NCBI GenBank assembly: GCA_002269645.1
Contig: NIVC01001668.1
Coordinates: 186,001-250,000 of the forward strand
From: Macrostomum lignano
Taxonomy: Eukaryota
Length of the DNA: 64,000 bases
Reading direction: 5' to 3'
The translations under genes and the position numbers were made by a program. This document shows, one piece after another, positions 41,554 through 54,284 of this stretch (within the stretch, counting starts at the first letter, position 1; the number at the start of each line of letters is the position of its first letter). Under the pieces are notes generated by a model, which was not told the origin of the DNA, did not search any database, and was given only the letters and a program-made list of their open reading frames with translations.

Positions 41554-44500
41554 CAGCTGCGTCAAGTATTTTGGCTTTCCGCAGTTCGGCCTGCACTTCG
41601 CCAGAAGGTTTCAGTGAGCGTCTCAAACTGGTTGAACAAGTTGATGGCGCAGGCCTCGGTTGTCAACAGCTGGTCGATGCCGGCCGAACTGGAGTTCTCC
41701 AAAGTAAAGCAGTCGGGAATGTTGATGTACTTTGTCGGAATTGGCAGCGGATACGGCAGGCAGCCGCACTTTCCAACGAACTCTTCGACAACGGCGAGAT
41801 TGGCGCAAGACTCCTGGTTGTCCTCGAAGACCCAGCTGCTGCTGTTGAATTCGCTGGAAAGTTAAAGTGGAAAGTTGAAGGCAGTGATTAAAAACGACTA
41901 TTGTAAGCGATATTGTAAGAAATAAACAATGATGTGTCCAATCGGCGTTTGCTGATTGGTTGTAAACACCCACCCCAAGTCCACCCCCTCTGCACTGCAC
42001 CCCTCCGCCGTGAGGTTTATATCACCTAGCTTTTACTCAGCCTGCCTCACCTTTCTCGCGCTGCATGAAATTTTTTTTAATCGTACGGAGTGCCGTGAGT
42101 GCTGCCTAGGCTGCAATTGCAATGGCCGAAATTTTAATTGACCAAATGACTGCAAGGCAGCTTAGAGACCGTCTACGCCAACTGGGACTCCCCAGTGGCG
42201 GTCGCAAGCGAGAGTTGCAAGTCTCTCCAACGGACTCTCCAACGCCAGACCGCTGAGATCGAGGCTGAGCTGAAGAACAAGCCTTGCCAACAGAGCCGTA
42301 AGTTGCGGAGCCCCTTGCCGATTGACCGGTCCCCTGCTGCCTATGAGCCGGAGCTGGGACTGCCAGACCTGGGCCTTCAAGGCCTCTACAGCACTTCTGC
42401 CAGGCCGTCGGACCGTCAAAGCCCCTTCTGGTAAAGGACTTTATCAACCGTGATGGCGAGGAGCCTGCCTCCGGCGAGAAGTCCAGAGTCTGGACTGAGC
42501 AGATCTCGGCGGGTCAGTGGGTAGCAGGCAGCAACCGAATCCTGCTGAAACTCCTCGACGAGGTTCCCTGGTCACCGTTAAGGATGGCGCGGTGGATCTT
42601 GAACAGCTGAAGGCCTACGTTCGCTACTGTGTGCAGTTCGGCGAGTTTATGCACCAGGGTTTCAGTCAGGCCACCCTCAACTGTTACGATGAAGACTTCA
42701 GGATCCTGCAACATCAGTCGAGCGGCAGCTGGGAGCGGAGTCGCTGCAGCTGCTATCCAAGCACATTCTGGCACCAAAGTCAAGTCAGGGCGGCAACGCG
42801 ATCTCTGCCGGCCGGGGGGCTCAACTGGCAGCGCAGCTGCCCCGGCGGAAGCCAAAGTCGAACCCCCGCTGCCCCCCGGCTGGCCCTGTCCCAAGCCCCT
42901 CGAGTCCGTTGTTTTCTCATCCGACCTCGCCACAGCCGCCTGGGAAGCTGAGCTGGCTGACGATCCTGACCGCGAATTCCTGCTGAATGGCATCCGCAAC
43001 GGCTTCCAACTCACCTGCCCTGACCCGTCAGAAAGAGCCTCAACTATGTCAGAAATCCAGAACTACCTATAAGTCAACAGTTACCGGCAGCTGGTCGAGC
43101 AGCAGGTGCGAGAGGAAATCCTTGATGGCCACTACGTTCAAGTCAGTGACAAACCGGAGGTCATCAGCGCCCTTGGCGCCATTCCGAAGGGCAACAACAA
43201 GATTCGACTCACCCACGACTGCTCCAACCCTCCGGGTCTCTCCCTAAACAGCCGATTTTCTTCCGACTACCGAATCAAGTTCGAGACCGTCAGTTACTTC
43301 ACCGCCAAGCTGCAGCCCGGTTGGTTCATGGCCAAAGTCGACCTCGCCAATGCCTACCGGAGTGTCGGCATCAGCCCGCACGATTTTCGGCTCACCGGCT
43401 TGAAGTGGAAATTCAGCGACCAGCGCAGCGATTCGTACATCTGCGACACGCGGCTCCCCTTTGGCGCTGCTGCCTCCGTGGAAGTTTTTCACCGCCTGAG
43501 CCAGGCCGTCAAGCGCATGATGCAGAGACGGGGCTTCAACGATATCGGCAGCTATCTCGACGACTTCGCCATAGCAGCCTCCAGCAAGGACGACTGCCAG
43601 CTCGCTCTCGACACCCTGCTCAATCTGCTGCGGAAGCTTGGCTTCTCCATCAACTGGAGCAAGGTGGTGGCGCCGTGCACCAGACTGGTCTACCTGGGCG
43701 TCCTCATCGACACCGTCAGCGGCCTGCTGGAGCTTCCGAAGGACAAGCTCGACGCCACCAAGTCTCAGCTGCAGTCCGCGCTCTCTCGCAAGCGCATCAC
43801 CAAGCGCCAACTCCAATCGCTTTGTGGCCGCATCAACTGGGTCTGCCAGGTGGTCCGCATTGGGAGGTGCTTCCTGAGACCACTCCTGCTCGAGCTCAGC
43901 GACCTGAAGCAGCAGCGGCACAAACTGCGCGTGCACAATGATCTCCGCGAGATCCAGCTGGTGGGACGCCTGCCTGGCCGCCTCCCCAGCTGCAAAATCT
44001 GGCGTTCCCACGGGCCCAGCTGGGCCATCGAGTCCGACGCGTCCAACTGGGGCGGCTGCGGCATCATCCGCGGCCCAGACACCACCAGTTGGCTCATCAT
44101 GGACTGGCACCGCGACTCAACCACATCAACTTCAAGGAAAGTCTCGCGCCAGTGCTTACGGCCCTGCATTTCCAGCAGCAGCTGCAACTGGGCAGCCAGC
44201 TTGTGATCTACTCTAACAGCACCGCCGCAGTCGGCGCCATCAACAAGGGCTCGTCGCCAAATCGGGTCGTCAACTCGGCTCTGCAACAGCTGATGCTCCT
44301 CGCTGCGCACCGCGACCTCTCCGTCCAGGCCTTCCACGTCCCTGGGACATTCCAGATCTTCGCTGATAGTGGCAGCCGAGCCGATGACATCAGCGAGCTG
44401 ACAAACTTCCTGCTCCGGCTCTTTGGCTCTGTTCACGTTGACCTTAGCAACCTTAGAGAGCACACCCTCTCGCCAGCCACCTGCGAATTTCTCGCCCTAC

Positions 44501-47500
44501 AAATCGCCCGCCTCAAGTCCCGAGCGCGAACTTCAGCAAGCGCTACCGCGAGCTCTGCCACCTGGCCTTCGCTGAGACAACCGCGCGCTCTTACCGCTGC
44601 CAGATCGACTCCTGGAAGCGGTTCTGCAAGCAGATGCGCATCGACAGCACCAGACCGTCTCTGCAGCAGGTCGCGCACGACATCATCGCGCTGTCCGACC
44701 GCCTCTCCTCGCATGCCAGCGTCGGTGCGTACATTAACGCCGCAGACCTGCACTGCAAGCTCCAGACCGGCCGCGGCCTTCCTGGCGACCCCCGCCTCGA
44801 CCTGCTCCTCCGCGGTGTGCAGCGCAAACTCGCCAAGCCGCCGGTGCGCAAGGCGCCCATCACTCTGGGTGACCTCCTCAAACTGCGAGGAACCCTGCGC
44901 CTGCAGCAGCCTCAAGATGCAGCCTTCTGGGCGGCGGCCCTGGTCGGATTCTGGGGCCTCCTGCGCCGCGCCAATCTGTGCTGCTCGAAACCGTTCCCAC
45001 CAGCCGGCGAGGCGGTCACCTGCGGCGACCTGCAAGTATCACCGGATCTGGCCATCCTGCACATTCGGCGCTCCAAGACGAACCAGTTCCGCCAGCGAGT
45101 GCACCGCGTTGTCCTGCCGCGCCTCCGGCACGCGGCGCAGCACCCGCTCTGCCCGGTGGCAGCGCTGCTTCACCACCTGCGCATCAACCAGCCCGATCGC
45201 GCCGCTGCTGCCCACCTCTTCGCCTACCGAAGCAGCGGCGGCCTGACGCCTCTGACCGGCACCCGGTTCTGTCGCCTGTTTCAGCACGTCGTCCACCGTG
45301 CCGGCCTGGCAGACCGGTCTCTGTCCCCTCACAGCCTTCGACGCGGCGGCGCCTCGCTGGCGTTCCGCGCCGGTGTGCCGCTGCCGGTCGTCAAGGCCCT
45401 GGGCGACTGGCGGAGCTCGGCGGTTGAGGTGTACCTGGGGCTGGAGAAAGGCTTCGACCTCCAGCTGGCGGCTGTTCGCAAACTGTCTCAATGCCTATAA
45501 TTTTTCGTTTGCCTGCTCTGGGTAGAAGCTGGTGTGCTGTCTGCTTTCTTTTTCCTCTGGCTTGGACTCAAATGCTCTGGTTTCTTTCTTCTCAACTCGT
45601 GCACTTTTCTTATTTTGTATTTTATCTTTTTTGCAATGATGACTGTTGTTTTATCGATTAAGTGCTGTTTTAATGACTGCTTATTTTATTTTGCTTGCAA
45701 GCGTGACCAGAATTCTGCGTGCCCCCCGTTTTTCTTTCACTATTTTTCCCATCATTTTTCGGATTTTGGACCGTCGCATCCACTCGCACTGTACTCGATA
45801 CTCGCAAACACTCGCGTCCGTCTTCCCTTCCCTTGGGGTGTGGTGTTTACGTCAAATTGTTAGACAATGAGCTTCGTATTATCGCTTTTGGCGATATTAA
45901 TGGGAATTTGGACAATCAAAACGGGACGCCATAGACATTCAAGCCAGGCCACAGATCTCACCCTAGTCATGGACTTAAACAGTTCTTTCAGAGTCTACTG
46001 AGGGAGGCTTGGCCATAGACTATAACTTTGGACCTTCAATATGGTAAAAAGCGATTCAAAACGGAAATCGGACTGAGATTTTATAGCTCTCTGTCCCTCC
46101 CTCTCCTGCTTGCTCGTCTTTGGCCTGAAAGCGATCCCATTCAATGGCGTCACCAATTCCTGTAGCAGATCGCCAGCGGCTCATAGATGCGATTGAACAA
46201 GAGCAAGAATCTTCCGGTAACTGGCACTTTCTTCACTTTTAAATATTCCAGTGGCCCGAGATATAAAAAATACATTACATTGGGCAAATTCCCGTTTTGA
46301 ATGGCTTTTTTCATTTTGATTGTCCATTTCACACTCTATGGTTGTGTATTCCCAAGCAGCCCGAGTCTGCGGCCTGGCTTGAATGTCTATTGCGTCCCGT
46401 TTTGATTGTCCATTTCACACTCTATGGTTGTGTATTCCCAAGCAGCCCGAGTCTGCGGCCTGGCTTGAATGTCTATTGCGTCCCGTTTTGATTGTCCATT
46501 TCACACTCTATGGTTGTGTATTCCCAAGCAGCCCGAGTCTGCGGCCTGGCTTGAATGTCTATTGCGTCCCGTTTTGATTGTCCATTTCACACTCTATGGT
46601 TGTGTATTCCCAAGCAGCCCGAGTCTGCGGCCTGGCTTGAATGTCTATTGCGTCCCGTTTTGATTGTCCAAATTTCCATTTAGCTTGTCAAAAGCGATAT
46701 CAATATCATTTGCGAAAAGAAATAATTTGCATTTTCATTTTTTAAACAAATCAACGGAAATACAATCTCACAACATATAAGAAGTAAAACGGCTTTTTAC
46801 ATTTACATGAGCTAAAGTTGCTCAAACTCACAAAAAGTACGGATCCAGCATCGAAAAGCTCTGCTCGTATCTTGGTCGAAGCACGGTCGGGCTCCAGCTG
46901 TAGATACTGTAGTTGGTGCTTGACTTCAGAGGGTTGCAAAAACCTCTTGTTGTGTTGTCCGTGTCCTCGAAGTAGCTTATTCGAACAGTGGACCGAGCCC
47001 CCGTGTAAATTGGAATGGCATGTGAGGTGCCCGGATAAGCTCCCGGCGGCATCACAATCAGGTTGAAACCAGCCGGGTCACTCGCCTCCCCGAGATTGTA
47101 CGGGCCGCCCATGACTGCTCGGACGGCCGTGAAGGTGTCCGGACGCCGGTTGCCCAGGTAGTCGTGATCGTCGGCGAACAGCTTCAGACTGAGTGGACGC
47201 AAACCGTGCTGCATCGGCGTCAAGTCTCGAAGGAACGGAGCGCTGTTGAACTTGTAGCAGGCGCCGTAGTAGGGATGGTGCAGCGCAGTGAAGTCGGCCG
47301 GTGTGCACTTCTTGTCACCGAAGCTGCAGTCGAGCAGGGTGACGTCCAAGCTCGGACCGACCAGCTTGGAGAGCACGTGAGGTCCGTACTTCTGGTGCAG
47401 CAGGCCTGAGATGCACTTCAGCGAAGATGCTGCAATTTGGATTTTCAAAAAGTAAGTTTTTCTACGTATTTTTAGAATATGAGAACCCGTGCTGTCCCTT

Positions 47501-49909
47501 TAAAATATTCATTTGGAACTCACAGCAGTCGGGCACGCTGCAGCTCTCCATTGTCAGATTCTTGTAGCCTGGCTTCTCAACTAGACACCAAGGCTCTTGA
47601 GTCACCTGTCCATCAATGATGAGCTCAGTGATGGGTCGCCAGCCCAGTCCCTTTCTCGGGTCCCTGTACATCACTGCGGCGCTGCGGCAGTCGCTTCCAA
47701 CATTCGCAACAGATTCGGGGTCGGGCAGGAACACGCGGAACTCCATGACCGGGTCGAGGTTGCGGAACTGTGTGCTGAGACTGCCGTTCACCAGGGCTTG
47801 CCAGGGCTGACAGGTCCTGCCGGATCGTGACGTCCTCACGCTGCCCATGAAAACCGTGTTCACGGATACGTTCGAGTCGAATGATGTGCAGCCGGACAGA
47901 GTGTTGTTGGCCTTGTCTGCGTACATCAAGGATATCCGGGTAAAAGACATCTGTTTTTGCGGGAATGAAATCATGCTGCCTCAAGGATCTACATCTGAAT
48001 TATAGGCATGTGAACTGCAGCATCTGGCAATTTTATTCTTACTTAGCTATTTGCGCTAGAAACTATTCCCTCGCAGGCTACTTGGCATTCAGAATGGGTA
48101 AACATTGCCACTGCAATTTCACAGGAAGCCATGCAAGCTTTAGGCAGATCATCCAGTTGGCAACTCACTGCAATACGGCACGCCGCAGTAATTGATATCC
48201 AGTCCACTGCTGCTGTTAGCGGATCTGTGAAAGCAGAACGGGCCTTCAAAGACTCTGCCAATGGTGTAGCCACTCTGGTCACCGTCGTAGGAGCCTGTGT
48301 GATTCGATTGAATTTCTGATCGCCAATTATTGAATCGGAGCATTTTCTAACGAACGAATAACAGAAACTTTAGCTTAAGAACTTGCCTAACACAGCCTTG
48401 ATCAGCGAGATGTTTACACTGGAGTTGTGCAGACACGAGGAGTGGCTAAGGTCGGGCACCAGGCTGCCAATATAGGATGAAATATTGATCAGGAGCGATC
48501 GGGCCTCCGACCAGGTGACGCAGGGCACTCGGACCGGCTGCAGGTTCTGGTTGTAGGCGAGCGCTGTGGTGTAATTTCCTGTGAACTCCTGGCCATTCAG
48601 AGAGATCCGACAGCTGTTGAGGAGGTCTGCAGGTATATAGATGCTTGATCTGGTGAAACCCAATATGCTATGGTATTGTGCTCAAAGTAAGGAGACGCAA
48701 CTCTGTTTAGTAAGTTATTAATAAGTCAAATTTGAAATGTAATGCAGCAGAAAGTAGCATAATAACTTTGACAAATAACTTGAATTTTTAGGCAAGGACG
48801 GGCTGAGCAGACTTTCTTGAGACCTCTTTTAGTTTGAATAAGACATCTAAAACTTTTTGGGTAGCGCCCGGCAAACTTTATGAAAAATTCACAGTCGGAC
48901 CTTAACTACTGTTAACCGCATCTGCTGTGAGCTGAAATTTCCAGTTCGCTTGAGACCAGACATTATGCTCCCCTCTGCAGGTAGCTCTGCAAAGCTAGTT
49001 TTTTAAGCGTCAACAGACCATGCTCAACAAGCAGTGTGCTCAGCCCCTATGGCTCAAGCTGCTCAAACAAGGAAGCGTGCAGAACTGATTGAATCAAATT
49101 ATTTACTTGGAAAACTACATTTTACCCCCTGTAAATCAGACAATTTTAGCACGATCAGGTGCAATGTTTTTGGTTTTGCAATGAGTAGCAACTTAAATCA
49201 AAAGCTACCAATTGACTACATGAGTAATATAATTGTCTTTAAATGATGAATTCTTACTTTCGTGCACCACGAGATCAAATCAACATCTTCAATATGCATC
49301 AATCAAACTGTTAAACTGTCTGAATGAATAGTGTAATGTTCAGTGAAAATGGCATACAATGAACAACCAAAGCACTGCCTCACCCGGTGACATGTTAACC
49401 CTGGTAGATAGAATCTCCGACTGCCAGTTAAGCCAAGCGGTGTGGATTCCTAGGCTGACATCTGCCGCACTGTTGTTGATGACGTCACTCTGCAGCTTCA
49501 AGTTGTAAGCCGTCACGTTGGTCTCGTACAGGTAGGCGTAGTCGGCCGTCTTCTGGATGTACTTGGTGATGCGGCTATAGCCTACAGGATTGGCGCTGCA
49601 CAGGTAGATATCCGAGTACTGGAATGGAACCTCCGCAATCAGGCTGGTGGACACCGGGTGGCTCTGGAACTTGAGGACCAGCGTGGCGGTGTGGTAGCAG
49701 AGGCCGGCGTAGGCCGCCAGCAGAAACAGCAGCCACAGGCCGCTGCCAGTTCGACCTGAGGAGCCCGCCAGCCGAGAGAACCCGTGAGCAGTGGTGGAGT
49801 CTGCGAAGCTCAGCAGCGACACCGAGACCGACGCGTCGCGTTCCTCGCCGTTTTCGTCTCGGTTGTCTTGATTGTCTTCTTCTTCTTTGCTCTTTTTTTT
49901 GTCAGACAT
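41554..49909 (-). CDS. DEG/ENaC subunit B' (inverted copy of B); TM2 exon not seen
   Basis: Exons 49384-49909, 48387-48626, 48169-48294, 47524-47916, 46832-47429, 41554-41853. Exon 6 has a single 1-nt deletion relative to the consensus. Confidence 0.82.
43106..44206 (+). CDS. Reverse transcriptase (DIRS/Ngaro type), frameshifted at both ends
   Basis: ISALGAIPK...IRLTHDCS, KVDLANAYR, LPFG, YLDD and LGFSINWSK motifs. The mirror copy is 35622-36722 (-). Confidence 0.85.
   Translation: MREEILDGHYVQVSDKPEVISALGAIPKGNNKIRLTHDCSNPPGLSLNSRFSSDYRIKFETVSYFTAKLQPGWFMAKVDLANAYRSVGISPHDFRLTGLKWKFSDQRSDSYICDTRLPFGAAASVEVFHRLSQAVKRMMQRRGFNDIGSYLDDFAIAASSKDDCQLALDTLLNLLRKLGFSINWSKVVAPCTRLVYLGVLIDTVSGLLELPKDKLDATKSQLQSALSRKRITKRQLQSLCGRINWVCQVVRIGRCFLRPLLLELSDLKQQRHKLRVHNDLREIQLVGRLPGRLPSCKIWRSHGPSWAIESDASNWGGCGIIRGPDTTSWLIMDWHRDSTTSTSRKVSRQCLRPCISSSSCNWAASL
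44525..45500 (+). CDS. Tyrosine recombinase of the retroelement
   Basis: Catalytic R (LLRRAN), K (RRSKTNQ), HSLR, GDW and Y (EVYL) all present. The mirror copy at about 34330-35300 (-) is frameshifted. Confidence 0.85.
45882..46697. mobile_element. Right-arm copy of the MITE-like element, with 4 x 86-bp repeat
   Basis: Identical ORFs recur at 86-bp spacing (46297, 46383, 46469). Confidence 0.55.
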
Positions 49910-50519
49910 CGCTGCCTCAGTTTGCGGACTCAGACAGGGGCTCACTTGCTTTCCTCTCTGCTTGTGCTGCAGCAGTCTGGCTCCTGGTACCCGTTTTAAA
50001 TGCCCTCTCTCTGCCGTTGCCCAATTGTTTGAAGAGTTGTCATTGGCAACCGGAATAGTTAATCACTGAGAGAGCAGTTGAAAAGCAAGGGCGAACACAG
50101 TGGGGAAAGGAGAGGTGCATAAATTACAGTTATGATTCTTCCCCCTCCTCTTTTCCTGATAGAATGTTTTCATACCAGCAGGGCCGGTTACTCCTAGGAG
50201 CGTCAATAATGGGAGAAGTTGATTTTCATGGAGCACGTACTTCCTCTTCGTCAGGGTGACAATGTCAATTAATTCGTTATGTGCCAATTTTGTCTCTTCA
50301 TATTTTCAGCATTGATTGTTTATTCTTGGAAAGGCTTCTGATGAGTAGGCTTATGGCATCATTTATTAATAAATAAGCGTTGCGGCCACAATTTGGATGC
50401 TAAGGAGGACTCTTGAGCATCCTTCACTCTGACTCTGGCGAAACGTAACCCATTTGATTCTCCCTGGCTATTGTTGTAGATCGTGGCTTTGGACTGTGCT
50501 GGACTGTTTTACTTTGGAC

Positions 50520-51795
50520 TTTAGCTGATGCTAGATGATGCTAGATGATACTAGCTGATACTAGCTGATACTAGCTGATACTAGCTGATACTAGCTGATG
50601 CTAGATGATACTAGCTGATACTAGCTGATACCAGCTGATACTAGCTGATACTAGCTGATACAAGCTGATACTAGCTGATGCTAGATGATACTAGCTGATA
50701 CTAGCTGATACTAGCTGATACTAGCTGATACTAGCTGATACTAGCTGATACCATTTGATACTAGCTGATACTAGCTGATACTAGCTGATACTAGCTGATA
50801 CTAGCTGATACTAGCTGATACTAGCTGATACTAGCTGATACTACTAGCTGATACTAGCTGATACTAGCTGATACTAGCTGATACTAGCTGATACTAGCTG
50901 ATACTAGCTGATACTAGCTGATACTAGCTGATACTAGCTGATACTAGCTGATACTAGCTGATACTAGCTGATACTAGCTGATACTAGCTGATACTAGCTG
51001 ATACTAGCTGATACTAGCTGATACTAGCTGATACTAGCTGATACTAGCTGATACTAGCTGATACTAGCTGATACTAGCTGATACTAGCTGAAACTAGCTG
51101 ATACTAGCTGATACTAGCTGATACTAGCTGATACTAGCTGATACTAGCTGATACTAGCTGATACTAGCTGATGCTAGCTGATACTAGCTGATACTAGCTG
51201 ATACTATAGCTGATACTATAGCTGATACTAGCTGATACTAGCTGATACTAGCTGATACTAGCTGATACCAGCTGATACTAGCTGATACTAGCTGATACTA
51301 GCTGATACTAGCTGATACTAGCTGATACTAGCTGATACTAGCTGATACTAGCTGATACTAGCTGATACTAGCTGATACTAGCTGATAATAGCTGATACTA
51401 GCTGATACTAGCTGATACTATAGCTGATACTAGCTGATACTAGCTGATACTATAGCTGATACTAGCTGATACTAGCTGATACTAGCTGATACTAGCTGAT
51501 ACCATCTGATACTAGCTGATACTAGCTGATACTAGCTGATACTAGCTGATACCATTTGATACTAGCTGATACTAGCTGATACTAGCTGATACCATCTGAT
51601 ACTAGCTGATACCATTTGATACTAGCTGATACTAGCTGATACTAGCTGATACTAGCTGATACTAGCTGATACCATTTGATACTAGCTGATACTAGCTGAT
51701 ACTAGCTGATACTAGCTGATACTAGCTGATACCATTTGATACTAGCTGATACTAGCTGATACTAGCTGATACTAGCTGATTATAGCTGATCCTAG
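50520..51795. repeat. 10-bp repeat (actagctgat)n, expanded copy
   Basis: About 125 units; orthologous to 29212-29400. Confidence 0.97.
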
Positions 51796-52532
51796 TTGAT
51801 AATAAAATACAAAAACTGATAGCTACTTGTCTGACACGAACTGCCCAGCTGGCCTAGATGAAGCGCACTTGTAGTAAGCAGAAATAGTCCATTTAGCTCA
51901 CTGTCAAAGCTTGCTCTTGTGACAATAAAATATATGCATTTATAAAAATTTGTTAGCTTATCTAGGGCTTCCGCTATGAGGCGCCAATTAGCAAAGCTAA
52001 ACCTATCTGTCCGTGGCTAGCATTCTAAAATTATGACTCGCGCGTTTGTTCTGAATGGAATCGCATATGTTTTACCATTGTGCTAAGGGCTATGCTGCTG
52101 CACATGTGAAAAACAGCCTAGGGCGCAATTAACGAGACTAAGCTGATTAGGAACTAGCTGTGATACTAAAATTGGATTACATATTTTAGAATTTTTCACA
52201 TAGACAATGAATAGCAAGTCTTTAACTACTCAATTTCAAGGCTCAATTTGGCTGGAAAATTCCGTTGGTTGTCGTTAGTTGATAGAAGAACATTGTCATT
52301 ATCTTTTCTGGACTCAAGTGTGCCTTTTCAGGATAACGTCTGGTCTTCCATAGTCTATGGTAACTCCCACTTTTATGAGTGACTGCTTACCACTAATACC
52401 GCTTCAATTGAAAGTGCAAACCTGGAACGTCCCATTGAAGTTCACGACAATTGATGGCATAGCCTCATTAGATCTCTTTTCTTCCAGGTTCCGTTCGGTA
52501 GAGATGAGTATTGAGTAGCAAAGACGCAAGTA

Positions 52533-53550
52533 TTCCTTTTTGCGGCCTAGTTGGTACTGCAAGCTTTCAATTTAATCATAGATACGGAAATCAGGCTTGC
52601 GAGACTGAAAATTTTCTGTCTATGGTCGACACTCGCTGGCATAGCGGATTTCAATTTAATCCTGGGGGCATCAATTTGATCTTTCTAATCATATAACGTT
52701 AGATATCCAGCGCTATAACACAAGTCGTTTACTTGTCATTGAGAAAATCTGAAGCAGAACAATACAATAAACAAATAAAAGCTTTAGCGTCGGATGTCGT
52801 CGAGTCAGGCTGGAATAAACCTCAGCATCTGCCGGTACCAGCCTCCGCATTTTGCAACGGTCACTTCACGGGTCCTCTACAACCCTCTGTAGGACAAGGA
52901 TTCGCCACTCTCGTAGCGAATGACCATCAGGCGGAGTGCAGTTGTGGTTGAGCCAGCTGGCTTTTGGCTGCCTTCAGGCAGGCGTGCGCGTTTTCCACAG
53001 GATTGAGGAATGGCGAGTATGGAGGCAATGTCACCAGGCGCCAAGCGGGCTGAAATTGATCTGGGATTGTCACTCCATGATGAAAACGGGCGTCATCCAT
53101 GATCACACAGACTTCTCGCCATCAGGTACATCACCACGACTCGTCACGCTTTGCACCAGATCATTGATGAACGTCTGGTACCTGACTGCCGTCATAGGGC
53201 CCGTTCTATAAAGCCATCGTAAGATAAGATCGATCTTAGCTCCTATCTTCGCAGTGTAAAAGTTCTGACGTACGATCGAACTTACGCTACGACAGCTTTA
53301 TAGTACGACCCCATAGTCTCTCCGAAGATCAAATGATGAAAAAACAAGTTAAAAACAGGTTTCGCTAAGAGTAAAAATGTGCATTGAATGCATAGAATGA
53401 TCAAATTGATACCCCCAGGATTAAATTGAACTCCGCAAATGCCAGCGGAGACAGAAACTATAGACAGAAAATTTTCAGTCTCGCAAGCCTGATTTCCGTA
53501 TCTATGATTAAATTGAAAGCTTGCAGTACCAACTAGGCCGCAAAAAGGAA
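52533..53550 (-). mobile_element. IS630/Tc1/mariner-superfamily deletion derivative
   Basis: About 150-bp TIRs (outer ~90 bp perfect), TA on both sides, and an internal transposase remnant VIMDDARFHH...LPPYSPFLNPVENAH (about 52950-53110, minus). Confidence 0.82.
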
Positions 53551-54284
53551 TAGTTCCACTCAGTTGCTTCAGACATCGAGTTGCGGATTCGGACGTCACC
53601 CAAAGCAGCTCCTTCTTCCTAAAGAACTTTGCTAGTAGTCAATATTATATTGTTTACGAATAATATGCCAGGAATACACCTATTTGCGAAGTCTATTTTA
53701 CAGCTTGTTGTGCATATTAGAGTTGTGCACTCAATGTTGAGCACATTTCTAGGCAAGACAAAAGCAATTAAAAGTTTGATTAAGCATATCGCGCAGCAAA
53801 ACTCAAGAAGGCAGCTTATAAAAATTTGCAAACGATCACAAAAGTCCTGTATATGTGATTTCAAATAGCAGCTAAGAATAATACTTATTTTACTTGGGTT
53901 CTTTATAGTTTTCCTAATCAATTTAAAAAGCGGAAATAAGCGCAATTACAAATTAGGTGCTACGAGCTATTAAATGGTAAAACAGAGATTGAAAAAGTAA
54001 AACACGTACAATTTACAAAAAAGTTGAGTTTGATTTATAACTCAAATGTCACAAACTTGAATCGAAGAATCAAAGTTTAGCCACAATACAAAAGCATGCT
54101 GCCTTTAAGGAAATTTTGTACAGTTGTTGCTTGATTTCACCTTGACGCATTTGTGCCATTATCTGAGGGTCATCCGAGGTCGCAGAGCAAAAACCCAGCG
54201 GTGTTAAGGCCATAGACTGGCAGCAGCTACCCGGTAGAGTCTATGGCCCAAACCCGGAGTTTTCGGGGTCTCGGGAGACGGCCG

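Larger units (their letters stand above)
41962..45850 (+). mobile_element. Tyrosine-recombinase retrotransposon (Ngaro-like), inverted-arm copy
   Basis: Same ORF order on the + strand: ORF1 from 42122, RT about 42870-43960, RNase H about 44030-44400, YR about 44525-45500. Confidence 0.88.

Noticed and set aside
44525-45500. Phage integrase, bacterial contamination or horizontal transfer
   Set aside because: The recombinase is part of a gag-RT/RNase H-YR unit typical of eukaryotic DIRS-order elements and lies in an intron of an animal gene.
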